Below, one piece after another: positions 28,030 to 42,047 of a stretch of 64,000 nucleotides of DNA; positions within the stretch are counted from its first letter, which is position 1; every line of letters starts with the position of its first letter. A model generated the notes under the pieces. That model made no database searches, was not told the origin of the DNA, and was given only the letters and a program-made list of their open reading frames with translations. The stretch comes from Octopus vulgaris. Taxonomy: Eukaryota. Both the position numbers and the translations under genes were made by a program. The stretch spans positions 69,006,001-69,070,000 of the forward strand of contig OX597816.1 of NCBI GenBank assembly GCA_951406725.2, written 5' to 3'.

Positions 28030-28730
28030 CGTAAGCGTGGCTCTGTGGTAAGAAGCTTTCTTACCAATCACATGGTTCCGGGTTCAGTCCCATTGCGAGG
28101 CTCCTTTTACAATTGTCTCCTACTATAGCCTCCGGCCAAACAATACATTGAAATTGGATATACATATATAAGAGAATACAAAACATGAGACAAGAACGCA
28201 ATACATCCAGACAGTTAGATGAAACAAAACAGGACAAGAAAAAACAAGGACGGATCATTCGGAGTGATTTTTTGTCATCTATATTCCTTCCCGTGCCTGT
28301 CATCTCTTATGCCCCTGTCATAATGCTTGACTTTCATACACGCCAGCTTAAGTTAATTCGTCCTTAGTCGAAAGACACCGCTTGTTAGTCTGTTGTTTGT
28401 ATTTGTTTTCGTGTACCACTTCACCGGGGCTTTTTTCGTCCTTGTTTTCGTATACATTCGCTGCTTTCTTCCAAGGAATCTAGTGCTCTAAGCTTAGTTT
28501 TTCCTTAGGGCTGGCCAGATTGGAGCAGTCTCGAGTAAAACCAGCCGAAACTGCAAATCCAGTCTGGAAGTCGACTGACGAAAGGAAATTCCGAATGTCT
28601 CGTCCTTGTTTTTTTCTTGTCCCTTTTTTGTATCATCTAACTGTCTGAATGTTTTGCGTTCTTGTCTCATGTTTTGTATTCTTACTTATATACATATAGC
28701 AGCGTACGTACACGTTGATCTCTTATATGT

Positions 28731-28778
<48 letters not shown>

Positions 28779-29007
28779 TTATATTTATTTATTTATATTT
28801 TATATGTCTGTGTTTCTCTTCCCGACTTCGCTTAACAACAGATGCCGATGTGTTTATGTCCCATTAACCTAGTGGTTCGGCGAAAGAGACCGATAAAATA
28901 AGTACGAGGATTACAAAGTGTAAGTCCCGGGGGCGATTTCTTCGACTAAGACCTTTAAGGCGGTGCTCAATCATGGTCGCAGTCAAATTACTGAAACCAG
29001 TAAGAGA
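28028..29007 (+). mobile_element. tRNA-derived CORE-like SINE (family A), split by a nested insertion
   Basis: Head gtggctctgtggtaag...ggttcagtccc at ~28030-28140. Tail ...ggcggtgctc...actgaaaccagtaaga at ~28800-29007. Confidence 0.8.
28174..28681. mobile_element. Nested element with ~90-bp inverted ends
   Basis: 28174-28263 is inverted to 28590-28681. The interior (~28330-28450) is homologous to 10405-10528 on the opposite strand. Confidence 0.75.
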
Positions 29008-29335
29008 GCAAAAGAATATTTATACATATTTATACATTGAAAAAGAGAGGAGGATATATTCTGGAAACTGTTCAATTTTTCCTGTTGCATTTTGTATGAA
29101 CAATATGGAACATCCAGTCAGTCTAATTAAAATAAATGTACTCATGCCAAATCTGACGTTGTATGATTTATTATAAAATATGTGGGAAGTGTGGCATTTG
29201 AGATACTATTCGAGAAGGTAAGAGGGATAGTGGTAGTAAACAGAGAAAGGAAGTTCACTCCCACATGCAAAGGGAATATGTATTTATACATATGTATGCA
29301 TAGATGTATGTATGCAAAGAAATGTCTATCTCTTT

Positions 29336-29422
<87 letters not shown>

Positions 29423-29434
29423 CTCTCTCTCTCT

Positions 29435-29494
<60 letters not shown>

Positions 29495-30076
29495 ACCTCT
29501 AAATGAATAGCTCTTCAAAGCACTGCATATTTAATCTAGAGCACACGTCCGCCACATTTGTCTTTGACAGGGAAATCACTATTTTTATGGTTTATAAACA
29601 TTTGACATTAACGGCAAATACATCTGGGAATGTACTTGGTCAGCCATAAAGCCTGAGAATCTAAAACTTTTTGATAACAAGAGAAAATCAAAAATATAAG
29701 AAAGAAAAGTAAAATCTGCAAAAATATAAAATAAATACAATAAAAAAAAAACAGGAAATATAGGTTGAACAAAAGACGAAATACAAAATTAACTGCAGAT
29801 ATTCTTTTGTACTGTAATAAAAATAGAATTGAAGCATAAATTCTTACCTCTGAAAAGGGAGTTATTAAGAAAAGTGATTTCCAATATAAATATCGTTCAT
29901 ATATAAGGGCTTCAATCTTGGCGATACGAGGTGTTGTTACTCGAAATACCATGAAATGTCCTGAAACTTATATGAAAGCTGAGATCTATAACAAATATTG
30001 GCTGCAGACATATAGCTTAATTGTACATACACCTGGATGTGCATGCATGCTTGCAAGTTAGTATATTTATGCATAT

Positions 30077-30286
30077 ACTCTTTTACTTGTTTCAGTCATT
30101 TTACTGTTGCCATGCCGGAGCACCGCCTTTAGTCGAGCAAATCGACCCCAGGACTTATTCTTTGGAAGCCTAGTACTTATTCTATCGGACTCTTTTGCCG
30201 AACTGCTAAGTTCCGAGGACGTAAACACACCAGCATCGGTGGTCAAGAGATGTTGGGGAGACAAGCACAGACACACAAACATATAC

Positions 30287-30317
<31 letters not shown>

Positions 30318-30491
30318 ATATATATACATGTCGGGCTTCTTTCAGTTTCCGTCCACAAACTCCACTCACAAGGCTTTGGACGGCCCGAGGCCAAAGTAGA
30401 AAACAGCTGCCCAAGGTAGCACGCAGTGGGACTGAACCCGGAACCATGTGGTTCGTAAGCAAGCTACTTACAACGCAGCCACACCTACGCC
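30077..30491 (-). mobile_element. Full-length SINE (family A)
   Basis: ggcgtaggtgtggctgcgttgtaag...ggttcagtccc...accttgggcag (CORE-like), internal (TA), and 3' gactgaaacaagtaaaaga. Confidence 0.9.
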
Positions 30492-30554
<63 letters not shown>

Positions 30555-31199
30555 GTGTGTGTGTGTATAGTGTATACATATGCATATAGTGTATAATGTG
30601 GACATACATGTATGACAAAACTGATACGATCCTTCGATTAAAGGAAGCAGGATATTGATGTATAGCATTTTCGATGTAGAAATAGTGATCTCTGCTACCG
30701 ACTACATCTTTTGAATGAGACTTACTTGATATTTCTTGTCTGTAGCAAATAACAGTGAATACCGCTAGCGTGTGTTGTTGTACACTTTACTTCGTCTTCT
30801 TGCATGTATGCATATATTTGTGAGATTTTTGTCTAGGCTGATTTTTGTTGATTGTTCTATTGGTTGTTATGCACGCTATCACCAATTTGATATTAGTATA
30901 TGAGCTTATCAAACACTAATTAATTGGCAATTCAATGAAATCAATTCGGCCGCATACTAAAACCGTAGACGTTTGAATTAGGTTGGATACTTCAGTATGA
31001 CTTGTCCTTAATCAGGCGATATTAGCAATGTAAAATGTTTCTATTCATTTTAGAGTAAGCGATTTTAAATACAAATATTTTCAAGAGCAATTCTGTTGAA
31101 TATCACATTGATAACATCTGGTTTACACCTCAAATTTGCCTTTCCATCTCCTCAATTAATGTGCCTTACATTTATATGATGATTTTGGTGTATATATAT

Positions 31200-31521
31200 G
31201 GTTCCGGGTTCAGTCTCACAGCGTGATACCCTGGGTAAGTAACTTCTAATGTAGCCTCGGGGGGATCAAAGCCTTGTGCGTGGATTTGATATTCGGTAAC
31301 TGAAAGAAAACTGTTGTGTATATGTACATACATACATACATAGATATATGTGTGTGTGAGTGTGCGTGTGTGTCTGTGTGTGTGCATGCATGTGTGTGTA
31401 TAGATCAACACATTTTGACTCAAATTCGCTGATGCCAATGAATTTGATTAGAAGCTGTTTTGATCCATACATGTAACTCTCAATAAATTGGCTGAGTGCC
31501 TTTCTTTCGTTTGTGTACTTA

Positions 31522-31580
<59 letters not shown>

Positions 31581-31794
31581 TAGAGAGAGATATTCTGAGT
31601 ATTCCAAACGTATCCTAGTGTAATCCCTGTATTGTCCTTTGTACGCGTTGATGATTTGCCATACAAGATATTTAAAATGCAAAATTATATATTAAACCGG
31701 TGTATCTTGGATAAAATATCACTATAAGAGGTTTAAATATCCTCAATGTGACTACATACACACATACATACACACATACACTCACACACACATA

Positions 31795-31853
<59 letters not shown>

Positions 31854-32085
31854 TCATATATACATATATACTTATGTGTCTGTGTTTGTTCCCCAGTACT
31901 GCCTGACGAGCGGTGCTGATGTTTTTACGTCCCCATAACTTAGCGGCCCACTAAATGACACCGATAGAATAAGTACCAATATTTACAAAAGACATAAGCA
32001 CTGGGGTTGATTCATTCGACTAAAACAAATTTCTTCATGACGGTGCCCCAAAATGGCCGCAGTCTAATGACTGAAACAAGGAAAA
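31200..32085 (+). mobile_element. SINE family A fragments (31200-31320 head/core; 31875-32085 tail)
   Basis: Homology to the 30077-30491 and 62301-62700 copies. Confidence 0.7.
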
Positions 32086-34879
32086 AGCAAAAATTAAAAA
32101 TTAAAGATTTAATTGACTTGTGAACATATTTGATTAAGATTCCGTACGAGTTGAATTCTGATACAACTATAAGCCTATAAAGTACAGAATTATATTCAAA
32201 TGCTTTACAGACGAGACCACACCGTCATTTATCAGTGGCTATATTGCTCAATGTCTCCTTCATACATCAAGACGCTACTGCACGGTTTGTGGAAAAATTA
32301 ACCTGCCTTTTTTAGTAGGTCAAATCACTGGGTATGGATGCATTTATTTGGTAGAATTTATGAAAACTGGCCACTTCTGAGGTACATACAAGCAAAGCTT
32401 AGCAGTTAAAACTTTTGCTTCGGAATTATTTGGTCGAGCGCATCTTGAGAAGATGATTTGTGCCTACGATTTGAGGTGATCTAAATTATATGATTAAAAT
32501 TCGGTGAACGAAAAGAGTTGGATTGGAACTATGCCACGTGGAATTGGCCGTGAAGTAAGTTGAGTTTTCATGTGTCTATAGAGTACTCAGCCACCTAGGA
32601 TGTAATACAACGAATCGGTATTTCGGAGAGGGAGCATAAACAACCGATTGATATGACCAGCTGCCTATCACGAAGTCTCATATTCCATACTAATGGTTGG
32701 TATCTAGAGCAAATGATTTACTCTGTTTTCTCGAGTCCAACGTAGACTTGTACAACAAAATGGACGGATGTAAACGGAAACTGTACAGAAGCCTGTGTAA
32801 TGGATTTTATTTTTAATTCAAAAGCAAAATATTATCACACATTGTGACATATTGTAGCGAGGATTACGTTAAAGATAATTCAGTTGAACTAGCAACTTAG
32901 CGTCGCAGCTGATGGAATATTCGAATATGTTTAGTAGTGATATACGTACATACATACACGCTCACACAGGCACATATAAAGATCGTCGAAGTACTTTCGT
33001 GGTACTGAAGCCGTCATATAATTCCGTTATCAGCTTTGAATGAGTTCGCATGCTTACATCTCATAAACATATATTACGTTTATTAAACATACGTATGCAA
33101 ACTTATCACACACTCATCAAAATCCATTTGCTGTTTAGTTTTATTTTAGAGCTTGGGAGATTATATCAACCTTTTATCTGGTAGCACTTATGATCGATAC
33201 TGGCTAATCTGTTGGAGGTGATGCGATATGCTGTCTAGCATTATTCAGTCTTCGTACTATTAAGTATGAAGTACCACTTACATATTTCTCTTATAATCTC
33301 TGCTGGAATGATATGCATTTAAAAATAATTTGTTGCTTGTCATGTTTTTGTTGTCTAATTTTCACTGGATATATGCTTCCTACCTTTAAATGTAATGGTC
33401 AGACGGTGATTAGTCCAAAATTTAGCAACATATAATTCATACAGGTCAAACGATAAAAGGAGAAATAATATACATCGTACACCTATATCTTGCAATTCTT
33501 TCTTTTCATCCATGTCATTAAATTTATTCTGCTTTCGGTTGCCAGATACATTTATTATACGTCTTTTTATTAACCAAAATTTAGCTATTATCTTCACTGA
33601 ATTTCTGTCGAGTCAGATCATTTGTATTTCTGTGTCTAAATTGTTGCCTATGCAAGCAGAAATAAGCGTTGATTGATCGAACAAACTTCTATACATAGGA
33701 ACTTGTTAAATTTGTGAAATATTTTCCTTAAAACATTTATTGGTAACATTGTCATATCACTTACGAAACAAGGAATGCCTTTCCTCGTTTTAATTCATAT
33801 AATAATTTCCACCCTGTTTCCTTATATCATCTTACCTATGTATACTGGAAGGTACGAAATAATACGTTTGCCTGTTCGAATTCAGTGAGTTTGAATTTAG
33901 TGACTGATAATATGCAGGAACGTTAAACCGTATTTTGGTGTGAAACCGTCAAAGTATTGGAAGTGTTAAACCGAAATCATTAACGATTTCTTGTAATGTT
34001 TACGTTCTCATAAGGAATATATGAAGCAGGTAGATGTTTATTCACAAGTGTGAATTATTATCTCTTTCTCCACATTTCTTTCTGTATAGGTCTGATTCAC
34101 GTGAGTAATTATGAATCGGAATATTTCTATTTTAAACCTCTAAATTGTGCATCCGTTGACATGTAATAAAACTAAGTTGACAGCCAAGGCCGCTGAAGTG
34201 TTTCTCTTATGACAGATACCATTCTTTACAATGTGTTTAGACTTCTTACCTGGCACACTTTATTACTTTAGCTACAATTCATGCAACTTTTAGTAGCTTG
34301 CACCCAAGGAGAGGATACACCTCTCCCACTCCTTCTCTTCTTTACTACTTGATGAATGTCAAAATCTCAAAATTTTAGGCTCTTCACACTTTCTGCTTAT
34401 TAAACTTATTAAGCTATCATTAAATCTTTGGAAAAATAATTACAGAAAACCCCCCTACCAGTTTACTTGGAGTCTGAATTTCATACATGCATTATTATCC
34501 TCACATATACAGCCGTATATGTCTATATTATATATAAATATTTCCCTTAAAAGCACCTTTATGCGTCTTGTAATGTAAAAGAGCTTATTGTACACTCCTA
34601 TATTATTTTCTTTCTCCCTAATTCAAAAGTACTAGCAAACGGTTCTCCTTGCTCATGTTCATATTATAGCTGTGTGCTGTTGGAGTAATTTTCTATACTT
34701 TACCCATTTATTACAGAATTTGCTTGAATTTTCAAATCTGCAAATGGTCCCTAATTTTATGTCGAACAATTTTCCGAGAAATGTTTTCGTTCTGACTACA
34801 ATAGAGCTTTTAGAAGACAAAATGCTGCAGTGGCAAGCAGTGACTCTCACTGTAATAACGAAGCAACATCAATTACAAA

Positions 34880-35450
34880 AAGAAAAAAATGGCCTTTTCA
34901 ACAGAAGGTGTCAAAAAGACACGTGATAAAGAAGTCTTCGTGTCAACAGCAAAAGTTAGAGGAAATGCCTTAAACCTCGTAGATTAACAATCCGATGTCT
35001 GAACTGCAGAAAAAACAGAAAACGGAATACGAAATTGGCAACGAGTGGGGTATTCGTCAACGGGAAATTGGATTGGGCCGGAGAAATCAAGCGAAATGAG
35101 TGTTGTGTTAGATAGCATAACACCTACACAAACAAAACGAAAATCGTCTATAAATCGAGTTTATGACAGTGAGCAAAAAGACATACATGCAGCATCAACA
35201 AAAGAACAAAAAGGCAAGATCCATAATAAGGGCCACGACCAAAATAACCAAATGACAACAATAAAAGCAGTAGAAGGAGAAAAAGCTACAAGCATATTAA
35301 GAAAACATACTGAGAACAGCAACAATAAAATTGCCAACAACCCGTAGAAAAACAAAACAACAACAAAACCTGATAGTCGACAACAAAGCAAGAACAAATT
35401 TTATTACAATAGTCACTACAACCCACACTCCAACGCTCCACCTTCACTTT
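34880..35450 (+). mobile_element. Possible Tx1/L1 ORF1 remnant
   Basis: STGNWIG...MSVVLDSIT followed by an A/C-rich linker, similar in organisation to 59270-59800. Confidence 0.3.
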
Positions 35451-35459
35451 CCTCTAAAG

Positions 35460-35952
35460 CAGTGGTTCCAAAGCTGGGGTCCACGAAGCTATTACTGGGG
35501 GTCCGTGAACTAAATTCAAACGGTCATATATATATATATGTTTTTAAAAAAATTTCTTTAATTTTTTCTAAATTTAATTATTTAATTGTTACAGTTGAAA
35601 AGGTCTCAATGACTGAAACCGGTAATGAAATGTTCTTTATAAAATTATTTTAGCATTTTCTATCCTGACTTGTTTTTTCATATATATATATATATATATA
35701 TTAAAGGAGAAAATTAATTAATTAATAATTATACCAAGTAGATCGGTATGTTAAAACAACCATTATTGGTGAACTTATACAAAAATTCTATAATTATGAG
35801 TATAATTATAATTTCTTATGGTAGTGAAATAGTAGTTTTAACTGCTATTTCTAAATTTCGGTATGTGGTGAAGCAAATTTTGCTGAACCCTAATGATAAT
35901 TATAGTCATAATTATAGAATGTTTGTATATATTTATTATATGGGAACCCCTG
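35460..35952. mobile_element. hAT/Charlie-type MITE with 8-bp TSD
   Basis: TIRs cagtggttcca / tgggaacccctg. Perfect TSD ctctaaag at 35452-35459 and 35953-35960. Confidence 0.88.
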
Positions 35953-36315
35953 CTCTAAAGGTTGACGTTTGTTCCAGCACTGCGGGAAAACATCGTCACG
36001 ACTACAGACAGTGGAGATGATTTTGCCTTCCTAAACACCCTTCAAATAGACAGGATATGTTGTAAAAACCGTACAAGGGTTGTAACAGATGCTTCATATA
36101 CATTTCATTTTGTGAGATAAGTTGGGCACGAACATATTCTTACAGTGCCCTAACAGCTCTTTAGCGGTAGGTTCTTAAACGTATTTTGATAGAATGTCAG
36201 CATTTGCTTCCTTTATCTTAGGTGTCTTCACGACAATTTTGCAATTTGTGTTATTTCAAAAACGAAAACAAACGAAATATTTAATACGTCACAATACATA
36301 CTATATTTCTTTTTG

Positions 36316-36530
36316 AGGCGGCGAACTGGCAGAATTGTTAACACGCTGGGCCAAATGCTTAGCGGCATATCGTGCGTCGTTACGTTCTGAGTTCAAATTC
36401 TGCCGAGGTTGACTTTGCCTTTCATCTTTCTGGGTCGATGAAACAAAAATCGGTCAAGAACTGAGGTTCATATAAACGACACAATCCCTTCCTTCCAAAT
36501 ATCAGGCCTTAATCCTACAGAAAAGCGGGT
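36316..36530 (+). mobile_element. SINE family B
   Basis: ggcggcgaactggcagaattgttaacacgctgggc...gagttcaaattctgccgaggttgactttgcctttcatc. Also at 58260, 55646, 52360 (-) and 40549 (-). Confidence 0.85.
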
Positions 36531-36562
<32 letters not shown>

Positions 36563-37859
36563 TTTTGCTGTTTAGTAAGGGCAACCGGGAAACGAAACTG
36601 TTTTACAGAATTGACTTGCCCGAAGCTATCTTATTACTCTATGCTGGAATATATTCTATGGTAATGTCAAGCAATATTGTTATTCTCATAACAACTCGAA
36701 ACATTTATGAAACATCATATTGACATATATTTAGATTTACGCTGAATATATTTTCGTTCTTCAAAGACAAACTCATAAAATATGTTTGCTTATGTGATAA
36801 AAAGATCTTATATTAATGGAAATAGAAAGCCTAGCACAAAGGAAGCCTAATAAGACATCTTACAGTCAACAAACATCAAAGGTATTATTATGTTGAGATT
36901 TGTTGAAATTTCATCTATCTTGTCGATATTTATAAGATTTATAGAAGCATCTCAATAACCGGTTGCCAAATCTTTGAAAATATCTAGTATGGAATAGTGA
37001 CATTTTCCTGCGTTGTTGCGGGGGTTATGACATTTGACCTAAGCAAAATACAAAATATTCTATGCTCCTACGACTCGCGCACTCGCTTGTATCCCGCTAG
37101 AAAACTTAAGCTATTTGCAATACATGGATTTACATTAAGTGTTGCAATAACCACAAGAGTAGTAATAGCTGTGTATATTAAAATTAATAGAATAAAGCTC
37201 CTTGCTCCTTCCTGTGTCATATAGACAACAAGGCCGGTTTCCTTGTGAGTGAACAATATATAAATCCTCCCTGGATGGAATGCCGGTCCATCATAAGATG
37301 ACATCCACTTTCCCCACTGAAATGAATTTTTTGTGTCTTCAAAACTCATTGTCCGATTCAGGAATCGAAACAACCTTACGATCATGAGCCAAGTATCCTA
37401 CCCACTGAGCAATATGACTCTGTAATAGCTTAGATTTTTCTTCTTGTTTTTTCTTTTCTTTTTAAGAGTTGGAGTTTTGTGAATTTATCTTGTGGTAGCA
37501 GAGTCCAAATCGCAATCGTACGTATGTTCAGATCCTGGACGATCCATGTGTAAAGGAACACTATTGTCTGTTCATCCACTCAACAGTAATACCAGCTATA
37601 TTTCCTACTACATATCACATCTTGGATATTTCCGACACGTTTAGCAGCGGGGTATAAAGAATGGATCTATATGTGAATGTGACTATATAGGCGAATAAAA
37701 TTGCAAAAATAGAGTTCATTTTACACAGCTATTCTCATCTGCGAGTGACGGCTGGCAGTACTTGAACTGGTGAGAGCTATTCAAATACGATCAAACTGGT
37801 TTTCACATGACAAACATATTATTTAAAAGCACTGAATATAATACGGTATTTCTAAATTA

Positions 37860-38252
37860 CTATGCATCAGCCGAGCTACATGTCGATCACAGCTATATAT
37901 ATGCACAGACATAGTCATTGGGACTATCTGTAGGTTACGACGACGATAGTTCCACTTGATCCGATCAGCAGAACAGCCTGCTCGTGAAATTAACTTACAA
38001 CTAGGCGAGCCCTCTACAGACACACGGACACACGGAGTGGTTCGACACTTAAAGTAGTTCTCAGGAAGATTTAGCGTGACACCGAATGTGCAAAAAGTTG
38101 GGACCCTTTGAGTTACAGGTACAGTTCATTTTCGACAGCTAAATAGAGATGAGCAGCATCAAATGAGATGTCTTGCGCAAGAGCAGAACACACCGAGAAA
38201 CGAACTAACGACTTTACCATCGTGAAGCGAACAGCTTAAACAATAACCCATC
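37860..38252 (-). mobile_element. SINE family C, diverged
   Basis: Similar to 5960-6092 and to 32400-32800 on the opposite strand. Confidence 0.55.
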
Positions 38253-38307
38253 CGATTTCAGATGCAAGTATATATATATTTATACATGCATACATACATA
38301 TATGCAT

Positions 38308-38353
<46 letters not shown>

Positions 38354-38354
38354 A

Positions 38355-39660
38355 GATAATGGTATCATTGAGACCCAAAGGTGTCAGGTAATGCTGAATA
38401 AGTGCTATAGACAGACCATAGTTAAGTTCCAGATTCGGAAATATTGCGAATAAAGGGTTCAACGTTGGTTCTATGTCAGAGTGTGTATATAACCTGACCG
38501 TTGTCCCTTGCCCCGATTCATGGCTTAGCAAGTTCGAGCGAATCCTTTTCCGCTTTTTGTGGAAGGGAGGAAAGCCACTTGTGAGGCGCTCCGTTTGCTG
38601 CCAGGAACCGTTAAAGGGTGGGTTAGGAATGCCTTGGTTGATGATGCGCAGACATGCGTTGAGGCTGAAGCATATCTGGCACCACCTGGAGGCTGATAAG
38701 GTGTGGAGTCCGCTGGCAGGGGAATTTTTCCCGAGACCGGCCTCCTTAGTGAATTTTAAACCCGGTTGCTCAAAAGACGGAATCTTGACGGGGTTTATGG
38801 CAAAAGATGGACAGGAAGTTGATCCACAAAAAGGTGGCTGGAAATACCACCTCGGTAACTATGGATGGAGTAGAGGCAAAGAAGCTGACGACGCCTTATA
38901 GGTTGCCTGGGGTTTAAAACATCGTTTAAAGATCAGGAAGTTTATGTAATGTTATAATATTCTATTGGTCATGGAAAGGACAATTTATAGACGAATTTTT
39001 ATAATGAATAATCCAAATGTTATGGCAAAATTTTTAATCGAACCTCTTAACTGTTTTTTGACATGTATGTCCCTGTATTTGTCCTTCTATGTCGGAAGAT
39101 TGTATAATGATAATTAAGCAAATACGTGTTATCGCATCTGGGACGAGCAATGTCGGCTTGTCTAATAAGAGATACCGCCAAAAACTCTCGAAGGAAGGTG
39201 AGGCATGTTTTCACTGCACGGTTGCAGTAGTAAAAGAATGCATGTGGCGTACAAGAATGGAAGGAGTCGCGATAGGATCCTTTGTCTCGGGCCCCGGCTT
39301 GCTCACTTACTTCAGATATCATCTGAAGAGCAAAATGGGGCTGGAAAAGAGGATCTTACCACGGGGTGTGTATGAGAAAAGATGGAAGGAAGTGGTAAAA
39401 AAGGTGGGTGTCAGAAACCCAGCTTAACTATGGATGGAGGAGAGGAAAGAAAAGCTGCGGGGCCTTATAGGTTGCCGGGGTTTAAAACATCGGTAAGATC
39501 GCAAGTTTATGTAATGTTATAATATTCTATTGGTCATGGAAAGGACAATTTATAGACGAATTTTTATAATGAATAATCCAAATGTTATGGAAAATTTTTA
39601 ATCGAACCTCTTAACTGTTTTTTGCATGTATGTCCTGTATTTGTCCTTCTATGTAATGAT
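38355..39660 (+). mobile_element. Tx1/L1-clade LINE ORF2 3' fragments with duplicated 3' UTR
   Basis: ERILFRFLWKGGKPLVRRSVCCQEPLKGGLGMPWL, and VVKECMWRTRMEG...YEKRWKEV. A ~230-bp 3' segment occurs at ~38856-39092 and ~39425-39653. Confidence 0.88.
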
Positions 39661-39706
39661 TGTAGAGTGCTTAAATAGAGAAATACATTGCGTATATAAG
39701 AATTTG

Positions 39707-39815
39707 TTGCGTAATGAGATAAAAAAACCAAGGGTGTATATATATTAGAGCATTTATAGATATCTATAAATGCTTTAATATCTATACACCCTTGTTTTTT
39801 TTTATCTCATTACGC

Positions 39816-39817
<2 letters not shown>
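39707..39817. repeat. Spacerless ~55-bp-arm palindrome next to (TA)n
   Basis: ttgcgtaatgagataaaaaa...gcatttatagat|atctataaatgc...ttttttatctcattacgcaa. Confidence 0.9.
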
Positions 39818-39873
<56 letters not shown>

Positions 39874-40009
39874 GAGGAGAAATCAATTTCAAAGCCGATG
39901 TATAACGAAAATGAAGACTGTAGTAAGAGTGAAGCTATCATAGAACTTTATTCTGAGAGTACCAAGGCAATTGTAATTGACAACGAGAGGTGTGAGGGAC
40001 TGACAGAAT

Positions 40010-41297
40010 TGTTTGGAAGCTACGTAGACCCACTGGGGTTGTAGTCGAGTTTGACGAACATCCACCAGTCGTAATAGAGTACAAGGACTTAATACCTTAC
40101 ATAAAATTGTGAGGAAAAGGAAAAAGAAACGGAAGAAAAGTGTTAGGAATTATAATGACTGTAAAATGGATGAAAAAAAAGGGAAAAGATGAGAAAAAAG
40201 AAAAATGAAATAAAAATGTTAAGTGTAAATTAGCTGTTAAATGGTACTGCATGAGAAGTGGGGATTCAATGCAACCGTTTGACCATCATCGATTTCATTG
40301 TACATTTTCATGTTTCATCCGTTTTATGTTTTTTTATTCCCACTGTGGTGGTCTGTCCGTCCTTGTGCTTTCCCCTCCTTGTGAATGGCCGCAGTGCCAA
40401 AATAATTGAATATACGTTGTGTTTAATATGGGTGTTGGTAGTTTTTTCTTTGACGTGAATTTGAACCCACCACTTCTTTTGAACATCTACCATTGTGATT
40501 CTATTAACTCCGATGAGACAAATATAGAGTATTGCTTTGGTTGGATTTAATCGACCCCGAAAGGATGAAAGGCAAAGTCGACCTCGGCGGAATTTGAACT
40601 CAGAATATAGCGGCAGACGAAAACATTATATAGTATAAATCACTAATAAGAGTAAGGATGCTACAAGGAAAATACCCGGAAAAGACTAAAAGAATCACCG
40701 TAGGGAGACATGAAAATTGGGAGAGATGTTTGGAAGCTACGTAGACCCACTGGGGGTTGTAGTCGAGTTTGACGAACATCCACCAGTCGTGGAATTCGAA
40801 GATTTAAAACCATTAATGAACATTTAAAAGCAAGTGAGTAAAATTTATTTTAAAAAGAAAAAAAGAGGAAAAATCGACTGTTATAAAAGTTTTGAAAAAA
40901 GAAAAAAAAAGCAACGATACAAAAAGAAATATAAGTACGTTTGATTTAATTGTGTAAATTAGCTGTTAAATGGTACTGCATGAGAAGTGGGATTCAATGC
41001 AACCGTTTCACCATCATCGATTTCATTGTATATTTTCATGTTTCATCCGTTTTATGTTTTTTTATTCCCACTGTGGTGGTCTGTCCGTCCTTGTGCTTTC
41101 CCCTCCTTGTGAATGGCCGCAGTGCCAAAATAATTGAATATACGTTGTGTTTAACGACATATGCCTGAAGAGAATGGTCCGATCAAACATTCGATTTTTA
41201 TTAACTTATTTAACCCACCACTTCTTTTGAACATCTACCATTGTGATTCTATTAACTCCGATGAGACAAATATAGAGTATTGCTTTGGTTGGATTTA
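40010..41297 (+). repeat. Patchwork direct duplication (period ~720-750 bp)
   Basis: 40010-40072 matches 40726-40790, and 40223-40549 matches 40952-41297 almost exactly, with non-matching or diverged spacers. Confidence 0.9.
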
Positions 41298-41784
41298 GCT
41301 CGCCCGTGGAAACCTACAAATTTTCGAAACGGCCTTAAGACTTTATACATATGTTCCTGACTCCCTATGAATCATTTTACATCCGCTTTATCACCCTCTT
41401 CATTCAGACTTCGCAGGTATATTTATGGATTTACACTTTTTACATATCTATATTTATAAATTTTTATATGTTTGTAAATTTTTATATGTGTATGAATTTG
41501 TACATATTTATATATATTCGTGTATATGCATGTATTCATAAATTCTTAGAATTTTTAGATATATCATATAGATGAATGCTTCTATATATGCACTTTGTAG
41601 ACCATGGGGAATTTTGTTAATATGGATTCAACGAATATATATATATAACGGCCTTTAAATTTGTTTTCTCATCTCCTTAATTTTATATTCCTCAAGCTCT
41701 ATCACAGCGCTAATCGGTTGAGCTGTATTAAGTGGATACCTATATCACTTATTTCTTCAGTGTTCTATATATATACAGATAAGA

Positions 41785-41994
41785 CCGCCATGTTGATTCG
41801 TTAGCTCCTGCACGCATTTTTTTTCTCTCCTTGTTTCTCTCCGTGTTTCTTTTCTGTGTATCTTTCTGTTGAAGAGCGTAGGCTCGAAACGTAAAAGACT
41901 TGTTTTATTTCTATTCCTGACCGCCATACTAATACAATTGTCTGTTTGTACTCCACCTGCCTTCGTCTTTTGTTTATTTTCGTAAAGCCTCCTG

Positions 41995-41996
<2 letters not shown>
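41785..41996 (+). mobile_element. HHR-bearing short element (H1-related), A6U core variant
   Basis: TCTTT CTGTTGA A GAGC gtag GCTC GAAA CG TA AAAGA at 41861-41898. (TA)n tail. Confidence 0.7.

Positions 41997-42047
<51 letters not shown>

Noticed and set aside
28575-28605. CTGACGA...GAAT as an active hammerhead
   Set aside because: It lacks A15.1 and a pairing stem I; mentioned only as a possible remnant.
29848-29961. Minus-strand candidate exon (HFMVFRVTTPRIAK...PFSE|gtaag)
   Set aside because: Splice signals are plausible, but there is no recognisable protein or convincing neighbouring exon.
30067-30618. 183-aa and 160-aa ORFs
   Set aside because: They lie within a SINE plus microsatellite.
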